Below, one piece after another: positions 19,986 to 29,762 of a stretch of 64,000 nt of DNA (the stretch's first letter is position 1; the number at the start of each line of letters is the position of its first letter). The translations under genes were made by a program, and so were the position numbers. The DNA comes from Planctomycetota bacterium (GTDB lineage: Bacteria; Planctomycetota; B15-G4). The DNA lies in assembly GCA_038212275.1 (NCBI GenBank), contig JBBQUR010000020.1, positions 11,970 through 75,969 of the forward strand. The letters are read 5' to 3'. The notes under the pieces are model-generated. The model saw nothing but the letters and a program-made list of their open reading frames with translations. It ran no database searches and was not told where the DNA came from.

Positions 19986-21898
19986 CCCTCGCCGGGTTTC
20001 CAGCCGCGCGTCCGTAGCGACTCCAGCAGCGCGAGGCACTCGTCGCGCTGGCTGTGCAGGAAGAGGCCGAGCAGGTCGCCGGGGCGGGCCCAGGCCAGCG
20101 CGTCGCGCACGGCGTCCAGTTCCGACGGCGCGCGACTCACGCTCTCGGCGGGCGCGCCGAGGCGCGCGAGTTCCGCCTCGATGACGGCGGGTACTTCGCC
20201 CAGGGCGCGGCCGCGCAGATCCTGCACCTGCTCCTTGACGATGACGCGGTCGGGACGCGCGCGCCACGCGATGCCGACCAGCGCGCGGATCGCGTCGTCG
20301 CTGCGGTCGCCGGCCTGACCGAGGATGAGCAGGCGGCGCTGCGCCGGCAACGCGCCGAAGGTCTGCACGAGCGCGGTCATCGCGTGCACGTTGTGCGCGA
20401 AGTCCGCCAGCACCGTGACGCCGTTCAGTTCGAAGCGATTGCCTCGTCCGGGGTTTGCCTCGCTGTCCGGCACGAAGCCGCGCAGGCCGCGCGCCATCGC
20501 GTCGACCGGCAGGTCGAGCGCGTCGGCCGCGAGGATCGCGGCCAGCGCATTGGCGAGGTTGTGCCGCGCCGCCCCGCCGAAGGCGACGGGCAGCTCCGCC
20601 GCGGCGACGATCTCGTCGCGCCGCGCGCCCCGTCGCAGGACGAGCATCCCGCCCTCCAGCAACGCGGCGCTGCCGCCGCGCGCGATGTGCGCCGCGACCT
20701 CCGGCTGATCGGCGCGCAGCGTGAACCACGCCAGCGCACCGTCGTGCTGCGCGGCGCGGGCGACGAGGCCCGCGTCGTCGGCATTGAGAATGAGCGGCGC
20801 GTGTCCCGTGCGGCCGCCGCGCTCCACGAGCCGGCCGACCACGGCCTTCGTGTCGATCATGCCGGCCAGGTCCAGCACGCCCCACTGCCCGAGGTGATCC
20901 TCCGCGACATTGGTGATGATGGCGGCGTCGGCGCGCGTGAGCGGCAGGCCGCGACGCAGGATGCCGCCGCGCGCGGTCTCGCAGATCGCGAGCTGCACGC
21001 GCGTGTCGCGCAGCAGCGTGCGCGCGCCGTCGGGGCCGGCACAGTCGCCGCGCTCCACGATGTCGGAGCCCACGCGGATCCAGTCGGTGGACGTGAGGCC
21101 GGTGACCTTGCCGGCAGCGAGACCGATCGCGTGCAGCAGGCGCACCGTCGTAGACTTGCCGTTCGTGCCGGTGACGAAGACCACGGGGATGTCGTGCAGT
21201 GCGTCCCACGTCACGTCGGCGGGCGCGGGCAGCTCGGTCGTGTCGAAGACGCGGCTGCCGGTGCCGGTGCCGATCGATGTGCGCCGGTCGTCGCAGAGCA
21301 GCGCAATGCCGCGGCGGTGCGCCTCGCGCTGCAGCTCATCGAGGTGTGCGCGGCGACGCAACTCCTTGCGGTGCGAGGCGCGCAGCGCGTCGATCGAGGC
21401 GCCCATGTCGAAGGGCGCTCCGCGAACATCGGCCATCGCGGCGCGCACGGCGTGCTCGCACACCTCGGTCGCGGTCCACAGGCCGCTCTGCGGCGCTGAG
21501 ACGGCCAGCGTCGCGCCGCGCAGCGGCCCCCCGCTCTGGTTGCGGCCGGCGAAGCGGCGCACGAAGACGCCCTCGCCCTCCCACGACAGCGCGTCGAGCA
21601 AGGTTCGGGCACAGGCCCTCCACGACGCGATGACCTGCCCGAGCATCATGTCGAGCGCTGCAAGCGAGGCGGCGTCGGGCACGCTGATCGAGGGTGGTGC
21701 CACCGGGTCGCGCCAGCCGGGCGGCGCGGGGAGGACGTGGTCGCCGCCGGGCTGCGCGGAACGGTCTTCGCCCCAGACCAGTTCGAGCGCGCCGCCGGGG
21801 CCGTCGTGCAGCAGATTGGGGCCGATCTGTCGACGGCTGTCGAAGACGTGCAGCGTGATCGTGCGCGTGTCGCCGTCCATCGGGGAGTCTTCGGTCAT
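19976..21898 (-). CDS. Cyanophycin synthetase-related protein: CphA-like N-terminal region plus a Mur-ligase domain, with no ATP-grasp domain (640 aa)
   Basis: Mur-ligase P-loop VVFVTGTNGKSTT and downstream Mur-ligase motifs (ITNVAEDHLG, DFAHN, C-terminal GQAGDR). It is collinear with the C-terminal half of the adjacent cphA. The ATP-grasp module is missing. Confidence 0.6.
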   Translation of the reverse strand: MTEDSPMDGDTRTITLHVFDSRRQIGPNLLHDGPGGALELVWGEDRSAQPGGDHVLPAPPGWRDPVAPPSISVPDAASLAALDMMLGQVIASWRACARTLLDALSWEGEGVFVRRFAGRNQSGGPLRGATLAVSAPQSGLWTATEVCEHAVRAAMADVRGAPFDMGASIDALRASHRKELRRRAHLDELQREAHRRGIALLCDDRRTSIGTGTGSRVFDTTELPAPADVTWDALHDIPVVFVTGTNGKSTTVRLLHAIGLAAGKVTGLTSTDWIRVGSDIVERGDCAGPDGARTLLRDTRVQLAICETARGGILRRGLPLTRADAAIITNVAEDHLGQWGVLDLAGMIDTKAVVGRLVERGGRTGHAPLILNADDAGLVARAAQHDGALAWFTLRADQPEVAAHIARGGSAALLEGGMLVLRRGARRDEIVAAAELPVAFGGAARHNLANALAAILAADALDLPVDAMARGLRGFVPDSEANPGRGNRFELNGVTVLADFAHNVHAMTALVQTFGALPAQRRLLILGQAGDRSDDAIRALVGIAWRARPDRVIVKEQVQDLRGRALGEVPAVIEAELARLGAPAESVSRAPSELDAVRDALAWARPGDLLGLFLHSQRDECLALLESLRTRGWKPGEGLG

Positions 21899-21926
21899 GG
21901 CGTGCGCGTCATCACGGTCTTGGGGC

Positions 21927-21954
21927 GTCGGGCTTCGGGCTTCGGGCTTCGGGC
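21927..21954. repeat. 7-nt tandem repeat (TCGGGCT x4) upstream of the cphA-paralog start
   Basis: Seen in the sequence: tcgggcttcgggcttcgggcttcgggct. Confidence 0.6.
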
Positions 21955-21979
21955 TGCTGGCTCCGGGGCCGCGCGCCGC

Positions 21980-24841
21980 TCAGTCGTCGGCTTCGCGGGC
22001 GAGGCGCACGCCGCGTTCGTCGCGCACCAGCGTCTCGGTGCCCAGCGAGTGCGCGAGCGACGGCTGGTCTTCCAGCACGACGTGCGGCGGCGCGGCGCGT
22101 TCCTCGGCGGCTTCCGCGGCAGGCACGCTGTCAGCCTGGAAGCCGCTGATCTGGCGCCAGCAGCGCGCGGGCTTGTCGCCGAAAATCAGCAGCAGGTCGT
22201 CCTTGCGGCCCATGGCCAGCGCGGCGGTGATGGCCTCCTGCTCGTCGGGAATCACGGCGATGCGCGCGGCCGGCACGCCCTGCGCGAGCAGCGTGTCGCG
22301 CAACATCTTCGGCACCTCTTCGGCGCCTCGCCCGCGCAGGTTGTCGTCGCGGCGCAGGATGTAGTGGTCGAACTTTCCCGCGCAGAGCGAGGCGATGGCG
22401 CGGATGTCCTCGTCACGCCGGTCGCCGGGCGCCGCGAGCACCAGCAGCTTGCGGCCCTTGGGCTCCATGCGCTGCACGAGGCTCACCATCGCCTGCACCG
22501 CCGCGGCGTTGTGGCCGTAGTCGAGGATCACCTTGAAGGGGTGGCCGTCGAAGATGTTCATGCGGCCCGGCGCCTGGAAGTACGTCGTGTCGAAGGTGCG
22601 CAGGCCGTGGCGGATGTCCTCCAGCTTGCGGTTCATGGAGAAGGCCATCGCCGCCGCAAACATCGCGTTCTGCACGTTGTGCAGCGCCTTGCCCTCCACC
22701 GTCGCCGGGATGAGGTGCGTCCACAGCAGCGGGATGTGCGCGCCCTTGTCGTAGAGCGTGATCATGTGGCCGTTCATGCCGGCCTCCAGCACCACCGCGC
22801 GGCCACCGCTGCGGATGTGCTCCTTCACCAGCGCGTGGGCCGGGTTCATCGTGACGTAGCAGACGTGCTTCGCCTCGGTGTAGTCGGCCATCTTGAGGCA
22901 CAGGTCGTCGTCGGCGTTGAGCACCGCGGTGTCCGTCGCGACCTCGACGATGATGCGCTTGACCTCGGCAAGGTCCTCCAGCGTGTGGATGCCCTTGAGC
23001 CCAAGGTGATCGGACTGCACGTTGAGCACGGCGCCGACGTCGTGCCTGGTGTAGCCGAGGCCCGAGCGCAGCAGCCCGCCGCGCGCCGCCTCCAGCACGG
23101 CCGCATCCACCGACGGATCGCGCAGCACCATCCGCGCGGCCATCGGGCCCGTCATGTCGCCCTCCACCGTGAGGTGGCCGTCGATGTAGACGCCATCCGT
23201 GGTGGCGAGGCCGACGTGAAAGCCGGCCAGCTTGAAGATGTGCGCCAGCATGCGCGACGTGGTGGTCTTGCCGTTGGTGCCCGTGATGGCGGCGATGGGA
23301 ATGCGGCTCGGGCTGCCGGGCGGAAAGAGCATGTCCATCACCGGGCCTGCCGCGTCGCGCGGCGTGCCTTCGGACGGCGCCACGTGCATGCGGAAGCCCG
23401 GCGCGGCATTCACTTCGCAGATCCCGCCGCGCGTCACCTTGTAGGACTGCGCGATGTCGGAGCAGAGGAAGTCGATGCCCGCGACGTCGAGGCCGATGGC
23501 CTTCGCGGCGCGCACGGCCATCTCGCGGTTGTCGGGGTGCACCTGGTCCGTGACATCCACCGCCGTGCCGCCCGTGCTCAGGTTCCCGGTGCTGCGCAGG
23601 TACACGACCTCGCCGGCCGGCGGCACGGTGTCGTGGCCGAAGCCTTTCTTGGCCAGCAGGCGCTCGGCCTGGTGGTCGAACTCCAGGCGCGTGAGCACCT
23701 TCTCGTGGCCGATGCCGCGGCGCGGATCCGCGTTGGTGATGTCCACGAGCTGCGCGATCGTGTGCTCGCCGTCACCCACGACGTGCCCGGGCACGCGCTT
23801 GGCCACCGCGATGAGCTCGCCGTTCACGACGAGCATGCGGTGATCGAAGCCGGTGATGAAGCTCTCCACGATGACGGTGCGGCTGTGTTCCTGCGCCTGT
23901 GCGAAGGCCGTGGCGATCGCGTCGTCCTCGGAGAGGTGGATGGAAACGCCGCGGCCGTGGTTCGCATCGAGCGGCTTGACCACCACCGGGTGCCCGATGC
24001 GCCGCGCCGCGCGCACCGCCTCGCCCGCACTGCGCACCGGAATCTGCCGCGGCACGGGCAGCCCGAGGTCCGAGAGAATGCGGTTGGTCTCCTCCTTGTC
24101 GGAAGCGATCGCGACGGCGATGTGCCGCGTCTCGCTGGTGACCGTCGCCTGGATGCGCTTCTGCAGCTTGCCGTGCCCGAACTGCACGAGGCTGTAGTTG
24201 TTGAGGCGCAGGTACGGGATGCCGCGATCCCCGGCCGCCTTCACGAGCGACGCCGTGCTGGGCCCCAGCGCGCGCTTCTGCGCGAAACGGATGAAACCGT
24301 CGCGCGCCTCCGCGAAGTCGAAGGGCTCGCGTTCGGCGGCGACCTCCTTCGGCTGCAGTGCTGCCGGCAGCAGGTGATGCAGCACGGACAATGCCAGCTC
24401 GCCCGCAGCGACGCCGATGTCCTCCTGCTCGTACTCGTAGACGACGTCGTAGACACCGTGGTCGCCGGAGCCGCGCGTCTTGCCGAAGGTCACGTGCGCG
24501 CCGGCCTCGTTCTGCAGCTCGATGGCGACGTGCTCGAGCACATGTCCCAGCCACGTGCCCTCGTTCTCGTGCAGCCGGCGCACGAAGCCGCCGGCCTCGC
24601 CGAAGCTGCAGCCGTGCTCGGCAAGTCCGGGCAGCAACGCGAGCAGCGACTCGGTGAACGGCCGCCCGAGCCGCGACGTGGGCCACGCTTCCAGCTCGCC
24701 GAGATCGACGCGCAGGCGCATCACCGGGAAGTGCGCATAGAGACTCGGGCCGATGTACACCGACGATTCGACGATCTTCACGGGAGCGCGCACCTCGCAC
24801 GGGGGCCGCGGGCCATGCCGGCCCGCCCGAAGGGGAGGCAC
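21980..24841 (-). CDS. cphA: Cyanophycin synthetase (ATP-grasp plus Mur-ligase)
   Basis: N-terminus VKIVESSVYIGPSLYAHFPVMRLRVDLGELE resembles the CphA start. The ATP-grasp region includes GHPVVVKPLDANHGRGVSI, and the Mur-ligase P-loop is IAAITGTNGKTTT. About 930-950 aa. The true start is probably a GTG near 24781-24841. Confidence 0.85.
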   Translation of the reverse strand: MPPLRAGRHGPRPPCEVRAPVKIVESSVYIGPSLYAHFPVMRLRVDLGELEAWPTSRLGRPFTESLLALLPGLAEHGCSFGEAGGFVRRLHENEGTWLGHVLEHVAIELQNEAGAHVTFGKTRGSGDHGVYDVVYEYEQEDIGVAAGELALSVLHHLLPAALQPKEVAAEREPFDFAEARDGFIRFAQKRALGPSTASLVKAAGDRGIPYLRLNNYSLVQFGHGKLQKRIQATVTSETRHIAVAIASDKEETNRILSDLGLPVPRQIPVRSAGEAVRAARRIGHPVVVKPLDANHGRGVSIHLSEDDAIATAFAQAQEHSRTVIVESFITGFDHRMLVVNGELIAVAKRVPGHVVGDGEHTIAQLVDITNADPRRGIGHEKVLTRLEFDHQAERLLAKKGFGHDTVPPAGEVVYLRSTGNLSTGGTAVDVTDQVHPDNREMAVRAAKAIGLDVAGIDFLCSDIAQSYKVTRGGICEVNAAPGFRMHVAPSEGTPRDAAGPVMDMLFPPGSPSRIPIAAITGTNGKTTTSRMLAHIFKLAGFHVGLATTDGVYIDGHLTVEGDMTGPMAARMVLRDPSVDAAVLEAARGGLLRSGLGYTRHDVGAVLNVQSDHLGLKGIHTLEDLAEVKRIIVEVATDTAVLNADDDLCLKMADYTEAKHVCYVTMNPAHALVKEHIRSGGRAVVLEAGMNGHMITLYDKGAHIPLLWTHLIPATVEGKALHNVQNAMFAAAMAFSMNRKLEDIRHGLRTFDTTYFQAPGRMNIFDGHPFKVILDYGHNAAAVQAMVSLVQRMEPKGRKLLVLAAPGDRRDEDIRAIASLCAGKFDHYILRRDDNLRGRGAEEVPKMLRDTLLAQGVPAARIAVIPDEQEAITAALAMGRKDDLLLIFGDKPARCWRQISGFQADSVPAAEAAEERAAPPHVVLEDQPSLAHSLGTETLVRDERGVRLAREADD

Positions 24842-24889
24842 AGAATCCGGCCGGCGGGCCGCGCCGTCAAATCCGCTGCCGCCCCGCGC

Positions 24890-26203
24890 TCACCCGCCGA
24901 GCCAGGTTTCGATGGCGCCGCGTTCGGCGGGCAGCAGGTAGGTGGCGGACTGCGTGTCGGCGAGGAGCTGCCTGCCCCAGCGCTTGCTGAACTCGTCGGG
25001 CGGCCCGGCCTCCATGCAGGCCTTGACCGCGACCGCCAGGCCGCGCGCGCCGAGCGATTCGCGCAGGTGCGCGACGACGGCGCCGGTCGCGCTGCTGTCG
25101 CGACCGAGCAGCGCCACGCGCACGCAGCACCGGCCGACCTCCTCGCGCACGTCCGCCGTCGCGCCGACCTCCGCAAGCGACTCCAGCCGATCTTTCAGAT
25201 AGGCCGGGAGTTTCGGGCCGATGAGCAGGCGCGCCGCGCCGAAATTTCCGTCGCCGCAGAGCAGGTCGAAACCGCCGTCGCGCGCGAGCGCGAAGGCCAA
25301 CCTGCCGGCCGGGTCGAATTCCATGTGGCGTCGCACCTGCAGCGCGAAGGTGCCGGGCTGCCCCAACAACGCGCACAGCAACTGGATGTCCTTGAAGATG
25401 AACATGTCCTTGGAGTGCTGGTCGCCGTCGGAAATGGAGCGCTCCAACTCGGCCTGCAGAGCGGCGCGCGTGCCGTCGGGATCGACGGCAAGCAGGTCCG
25501 ACCACATGTGCCCGAGATAGACGCTCCGTACACCGAGGAACACGTGCGAACCGCGCGTGGCGTCCCAGACCTGGCGCGCACCGACCAATGCACGCTCGTG
25601 CTCGCGCAACGACGAGAACAGCGAGACCACGGCAAGGCATCGGGCGATGGCCTCGGCATCGTGTTTCCCCTGGGCGGAGAACGAGTCGAGGTTTCCGTCG
25701 CCCAGTTCCGCCATGGCCACGAACCCCGCCGCCTTGCCCAGCATCCCACCCACGCTGCCGCGCGGCAGCTCCGCCGGATCAAACAGCTCCACGCCATCCA
25801 GCTCGCCGCTCACGACGCCAGCCACCCAGAGGAAGACGCTGCCGTCCCATGCCTCGTTCCAGTAGAGCGCGAGCGGCTTGCGGCCTCTCCACGCGATGAG
25901 CGCCGGCGTGAAGGCGTCCGGCGCAAGGCCCGCGGGCGACGGTATCGCCACGCAGAGCGCGTTGCCGTCGATGAGCCGGCGCACGTCGGGCGCACACAGC
26001 GCCGCTTCCAGCTCCGCGTGGCGCGAGAGAATCGCGATGACCAGCGGCCCCTCCTCCGACGGTGCGCCCGGACCGAAGGCCGGGGCGACGGCGTGGTCCG
26101 CAGGCAGGTCGAGGACAAGATCACAGGCGTGCTGGGCGCGGGCAGCGGGGACCGCGCCGACGATCGCCCCCACGAGCAGGATCGCGAGACAACGTGCACG
26201 CAT
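24890..26203 (-). CDS. Secreted hypothetical protein (about 437 aa)
   Basis: Signal peptide MRARCLAILLVGAIVGAVPAARAQ. No recognised motifs. The codon bias fits the window. Confidence 0.5.
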   Translation of the reverse strand: MRARCLAILLVGAIVGAVPAARAQHACDLVLDLPADHAVAPAFGPGAPSEEGPLVIAILSRHAELEAALCAPDVRRLIDGNALCVAIPSPAGLAPDAFTPALIAWRGRKPLALYWNEAWDGSVFLWVAGVVSGELDGVELFDPAELPRGSVGGMLGKAAGFVAMAELGDGNLDSFSAQGKHDAEAIARCLAVVSLFSSLREHERALVGARQVWDATRGSHVFLGVRSVYLGHMWSDLLAVDPDGTRAALQAELERSISDGDQHSKDMFIFKDIQLLCALLGQPGTFALQVRRHMEFDPAGRLAFALARDGGFDLLCGDGNFGAARLLIGPKLPAYLKDRLESLAEVGATADVREEVGRCCVRVALLGRDSSATGAVVAHLRESLGARGLAVAVKACMEAGPPDEFSKRWGRQLLADTQSATYLLPAERGAIETWLGG

Positions 26204-26239
26204 GGGCAGCCCCCCGGTGAGTGCGGGCATCCTATCCTG

Positions 26240-26779
26240 CTACCCGAGGGGGTGCCGCAGCACTTCGCCGGTGAGCGTGTCGTCACCTATGGTGAGGTAG
26301 AGGTGGCCGCCGGTGACGGAAAGCGTGAAGGCCATGCGGCGCTTGAGGCGCGCCACGACGCCCGCGATGAGCGTGCGGTCGAGGCTGAGCAGCTCCACGG
26401 CCTCCGCGCGGTGGATCTTCTCGCCCTGCCACTGACGCACGAGCACGGCCGGGTCCTTGTGCGTGTAGATGACGACGCGCGGCGCGGCCTTGCTGGCCTT
26501 GTGCACGCGGCGCGCGTCCGGCGCGCCCACTTCGATCCACGCACGCAGCTGCCCGGTCAGGTCGCGCACGGTCAGCGCGGGGTCGTCGGGCTCGGAGAGT
26601 CCCTTGCCGAAGGCCAGTCCTTCCGTGAATTCCAGGCAATACGCCAGCACACGCGCGACGAGGAACTCCTCGGACTCCGACGGATGGCACGCGACGCGCA
26701 GCGCCAGCGCCTCGTAGACGCCGCGATCGGCATCCGCGAGCTCGATGTCGAAGTTGAAGATGGTGGACGGATTGGCCAC
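26240..26779 (-). CDS. yaeQ: YaeQ family protein
   Basis: ANPSTIFNFDIELADADRGVYEALALRVACHPSESEEFLVARVLAY matches the YaeQ N-terminal signature (TI.K..I.LSD.DRGVYE...LR.A.HPSE). Probable GTG start (VANPSTIF). About 180 aa. Confidence 0.6.
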   Translation of the reverse strand: MANPSTIFNFDIELADADRGVYEALALRVACHPSESEEFLVARVLAYCLEFTEGLAFGKGLSEPDDPALTVRDLTGQLRAWIEVGAPDARRVHKASKAAPRVVIYTHKDPAVLVRQWQGEKIHRAEAVELLSLDRTLIAGVVARLKRRMAFTLSVTGGHLYLTIGDDTLTGEVLRHPLG

Positions 26780-26894
26780 GTACAGGACCGGAGAGTGCGG
26801 AGCGCGCCGCGATGCGCCGCGTCGCGGCGCCGACGGTTGTAACACCGCACCGGCCGGTTCGCGGCTGGTTCGCGGCCGTCGCGCGGGCCGCGCG

Positions 26895-27356
26895 TCAGCG
26901 CGGGCCGGCTTCGCGGTTGTCCTGCTCCAGCCGCTCGACATCCGCCAGATCCTGGAGTCGGCCCGCGGCGCGCTTGTTCGTGATGAGGTGCCGGCGGGAG
27001 AGCACGGCGACCGGCACGCTCCCGAAGCTGGTCATGACTCTTTCCGGCCATGCTGTCGCGAAGTCGATGCCATCGATGTCGGTGATGACATCGATGCGCA
27101 GAGGCGGCACGCCGATCTGGAAGATCAGACCGGGACGCGAGAGATCGCTCTGCGAGAGTCCCTGGATCGGGGCGCCGAAGTCGGCGAGTGCCCGCAACAC
27201 GCGACCGGCATTCTCCTGATCCGGTCGAACCCAGACATCGAGGTCCTTCGTCGCACGGACATGGCCGTGCGCTGCGAGCGCATGTGCGCCGACAATCAGG
27301 TAGTCAACGCGCTGCGCGTTGAACGCTGACAACAGATCGCTGAAGTCGCGGTTCAT
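26895..27356 (-). CDS. Nucleotidyltransferase-fold protein (MNT/AbiEii-like minimal NTase), possible toxin-antitoxin-type component
   Basis: 153 aa. YLIVGAHALAAHGHVRATKDLDVWV resembles the hG[GS]-x9-13-D-h-D motif of minimal nucleotidyltransferases. It overlaps the upstream small ORF by about 50 nt. Confidence 0.4.
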   Translation of the reverse strand: MNRDFSDLLSAFNAQRVDYLIVGAHALAAHGHVRATKDLDVWVRPDQENAGRVLRALADFGAPIQGLSQSDLSRPGLIFQIGVPPLRIDVITDIDGIDFATAWPERVMTSFGSVPVAVLSRRHLITNKRAAGRLQDLADVERLEQDNREAGPR

Positions 27357-27519
27357 CGCAGGATTCGAGCCCCCAGGAATTGCACAGCTGCGTCAGCATC
27401 CAGACAGCCTCGATCCGTTCTTCCATGGAAGCGTCCGCCCAGCTGTCGTCGGCCGGCCGGAGATCTCCGCGGCGCAGGACGCGGACGGTCACCGTGCGGC
27501 GTGAATCGCGATCCGTCAT
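27304..27519 (-). CDS. Small hypothetical protein (71 aa) upstream of the NTase-fold gene and overlapping it
   Basis: Only ORF and codon-bias evidence. It sits where the partner of a two-gene NTase module would be. Confidence 0.2.
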   Translation of the reverse strand: MTDRDSRRTVTVRVLRRGDLRPADDSWADASMEERIEAVWMLTQLCNSWGLESCDEPRLQRSVVSVQRAAR

Positions 27520-27615
27520 GGCGCAAGTCTAACATGGCCAGGTCTGCATGCGCGCAGCGCCACCGGCGCACCGGCGCCTCTCCCGGCCTCCGCGCTTCCC
27601 GCGGAAGCGTCTCCG

Positions 27616-29025
27616 TCAGCGCCGGGCCTTCGCGATGCGCTCCACCTGCTCGAGGTAGCGTGCGACGTCCTCGTTGGGCTTCAGTTCCTGCGCGCGGCGC
27701 AGCAGCGGGACCGCGTCGGCATAACGGCCGAGACCGACGAGCACCCGCGCGTGGTAGATCCGCGCCTTGACCTCGAATTTCTCCAGGCTCTCGGCGCGCT
27801 CGTAGTAGAACATCGAGCGGTCGGGCTCGTTCGCGCTCGAGTAGTGCTGGCCGAGCAGCATGAGCACCTCGCCATCGAGCGGATCGAGCGCCAGGATCTC
27901 CTCGAGCACGTGGGCGGTCTCCGCGCTGCCGGGGCCGTCGGCCATGCTGATGCGCGCCTCGAGCTTGAGCAGCCGGCTCTTTTCGGCGTCGTCCAGACGC
28001 GCCTGCCAGGACGAGCGCATGCGGGCGGCCACGAGCCAGGCCTGGGACAGCGCGCCGCGGGTCGCCAGCGCCTCCGCCGAGCTCATCGAGCGCGCGACCG
28101 GCTGTTCGGGATCCAGGTCGATGGCCCGCAGGTAGGCATTCACCGCGAGGTCCATGAGGTTCTCGCTGATGTAGATGTCGCCGAGCATGTAGAGGCTGTC
28201 CACCGTCGACTTGCCGAGGATGTCCATCGACTCGAGATTCTCGGCGGCGCGGATCGGCTGCTTCATGCCCAGGAAGGTGTTCGCCTGCAGCAGCCAGAAC
28301 TTGGCGTTGTCCGGGTAGCGCACAATGAGCACGTCGAGCAGCGTGGCCGCGTCCTCGTACTTCTTCTGCTTGAAGGCGCAGGTCGTGAGGCCCAGGCGCC
28401 AGTCGGTGCTCTCCGGCTGCAGCAGCAGCGCGTTGCGGAAGGCCGCTTCGGCCGCCTGGTAATCCTGCTTGGCGGAGTAGACGGACCCGAGCAGGCCGTA
28501 GGAATAACCGTCGCCGCCGCCCAGCTCGATCATGCGCGTGAAGGCGGTGATCGCCTCGTCGTTGCGCCCGTCACGGGCATGGATGAGGCCGAGGTTGCGC
28601 CACGCGCGCCGGAAGCTCGGGAACTTCTCCACGGCCCGCGTGTAGTTGGCCAGCGCGTCGGCCATGCGGTCCTGCTGGAACTGGATGCTGCCCAGCGTGA
28701 AGTCCAGCATCGCGGAGCCGTCGGGCTTCATCTTCTTGATGAGCAGGGCCTCGGCGCCGGGCAGGTCGTCCGCCATGAGCGGCCGCACCGCCTCGAGGAG
28801 CTTGACCTCGTCGGGCGTGACGCGCGGCTCGATCTCCGCGTTGATACCGTACGTGCCGATGAACTGCTTCTGGAAGGTCGGGTCCTTCCAGATCGCCGCG
28901 ATGTCGTCCTTGTCGTCCGCGCGGCAGGTGCCGGCCAGGGAGGCCAGGGCGAGCAGGGTTGCGGAGGCCGCGAGCGAAGCGCGGGTCGCGAAGCTGGAAC
29001 GGTGCATGAGCGTCGGCATGTGCAT
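27616..29025 (-). CDS. Periplasmic TPR-repeat protein, last gene of the TonB/Exb operon (TtpD-like)
   Basis: Signal peptide (LAASATLLALASLAGTCRA) and multiple TPR motifs. It sits directly downstream of tonB, as TtpD does in TonB2 systems. Confidence 0.6.
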   Translation of the reverse strand: MHMPTLMHRSSFATRASLAASATLLALASLAGTCRADDKDDIAAIWKDPTFQKQFIGTYGINAEIEPRVTPDEVKLLEAVRPLMADDLPGAEALLIKKMKPDGSAMLDFTLGSIQFQQDRMADALANYTRAVEKFPSFRRAWRNLGLIHARDGRNDEAITAFTRMIELGGGDGYSYGLLGSVYSAKQDYQAAEAAFRNALLLQPESTDWRLGLTTCAFKQKKYEDAATLLDVLIVRYPDNAKFWLLQANTFLGMKQPIRAAENLESMDILGKSTVDSLYMLGDIYISENLMDLAVNAYLRAIDLDPEQPVARSMSSAEALATRGALSQAWLVAARMRSSWQARLDDAEKSRLLKLEARISMADGPGSAETAHVLEEILALDPLDGEVLMLLGQHYSSANEPDRSMFYYERAESLEKFEVKARIYHARVLVGLGRYADAVPLLRRAQELKPNEDVARYLEQVERIAKARR

Positions 29026-29030
29026 GGGTT

Positions 29031-29762
29031 TCAACTCGGTGGAAAGCGGACCGACACGCGCATCTTGCAGGGGACGCGCTGGCCGGCCTTGATGGCTGGT
29101 TCGAACTTCCAATTCTTCACGGCGTCGAGCGCCGGTTTCTCGAAGGCAACGCCGTTGGACTTGTCGATGCGCGGGTTCTCGACCTTGCCGTTGCTGTCGA
29201 CGACGAAGAGCACGGACACGACGCCCTCGATCTTCTTGCCGCGCATCGACGAGGGAAACGTGGCCGCGGCCTGGTAGACGACGCGCGGCTGCTGATCGAT
29301 TTCCGTGAGGCTGAAGGCGCTCTCCACGGCCTCGCCGACGACGCCGGCCTTGCCGGTGCCGCCGATGCGCCCGCCCGACGCGAAGTCGAGCGAGTCGGCG
29401 CCGAAGCCGGCATTGCCGCCGGCCGACTGGCCGGAGAGCGCCGCCTCGATCGCGCTGAGGCTCGCCGCTTCCAGCTCCGGCATGCTGGCGGCCGCGGAGA
29501 CCTCCATGTTGCGGATCATCTCGGCCGAGTCGGGAGCCTCCTCGGCGTCGGCCTTCAGTTCGTCTTCGTCCAGGGCCCGGTCCGCGGTCTGCTCGTCGGG
29601 CTTCTTCTCGTCGGTCGCCGCGTCGTCATCGCTCATCAGCTCCACCACGGTGTGCGTGGCGGGTCCCTTGTCGTCGTGCATGAAGAAGATCCCGCCGAAG
29701 AGCAGGACCGCGACGTGCAGCACGACGGCGCAGAGAATGCCGAGCGCGAGTCCGAACTTCAT
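29031..29762 (-). CDS. tonB: Energy transducer TonB
   Basis: N-terminal TM anchor, an acidic Pro/Glu/Asp-rich linker, and a C-terminal TonB domain (VVSVLFVVDSNGKVENPRIDKSNGVAFEKPALDAVKNWKFEPA). 4-nt overlap with exbD. Confidence 0.7.
   Translation of the reverse strand: MKFGLALGILCAVVLHVAVLLFGGIFFMHDDKGPATHTVVELMSDDDAATDEKKPDEQTADRALDEDELKADAEEAPDSAEMIRNMEVSAAASMPELEAASLSAIEAALSGQSAGGNAGFGADSLDFASGGRIGGTGKAGVVGEAVESAFSLTEIDQQPRVVYQAAATFPSSMRGKKIEGVVSVLFVVDSNGKVENPRIDKSNGVAFEKPALDAVKNWKFEPAIKAGQRVPCKMRVSVRFPPS

Noticed and set aside
21737-26842. 1701-aa ORF on the plus strand, plus other very long ORFs (10486..13500, 32500..35907, 36331..39159, 60130..63213, 60398..63127, 345..2081)
   Set aside because: These are antisense or shadow ORFs that the 70% GC content generates opposite genuine genes (cphA, TonB-dependent receptor, FG-GAP genes). 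Their translations are Arg/Ala/Gly-rich low-complexity with no motifs, whereas the opposite strand carries clear conserved-domain proteins.
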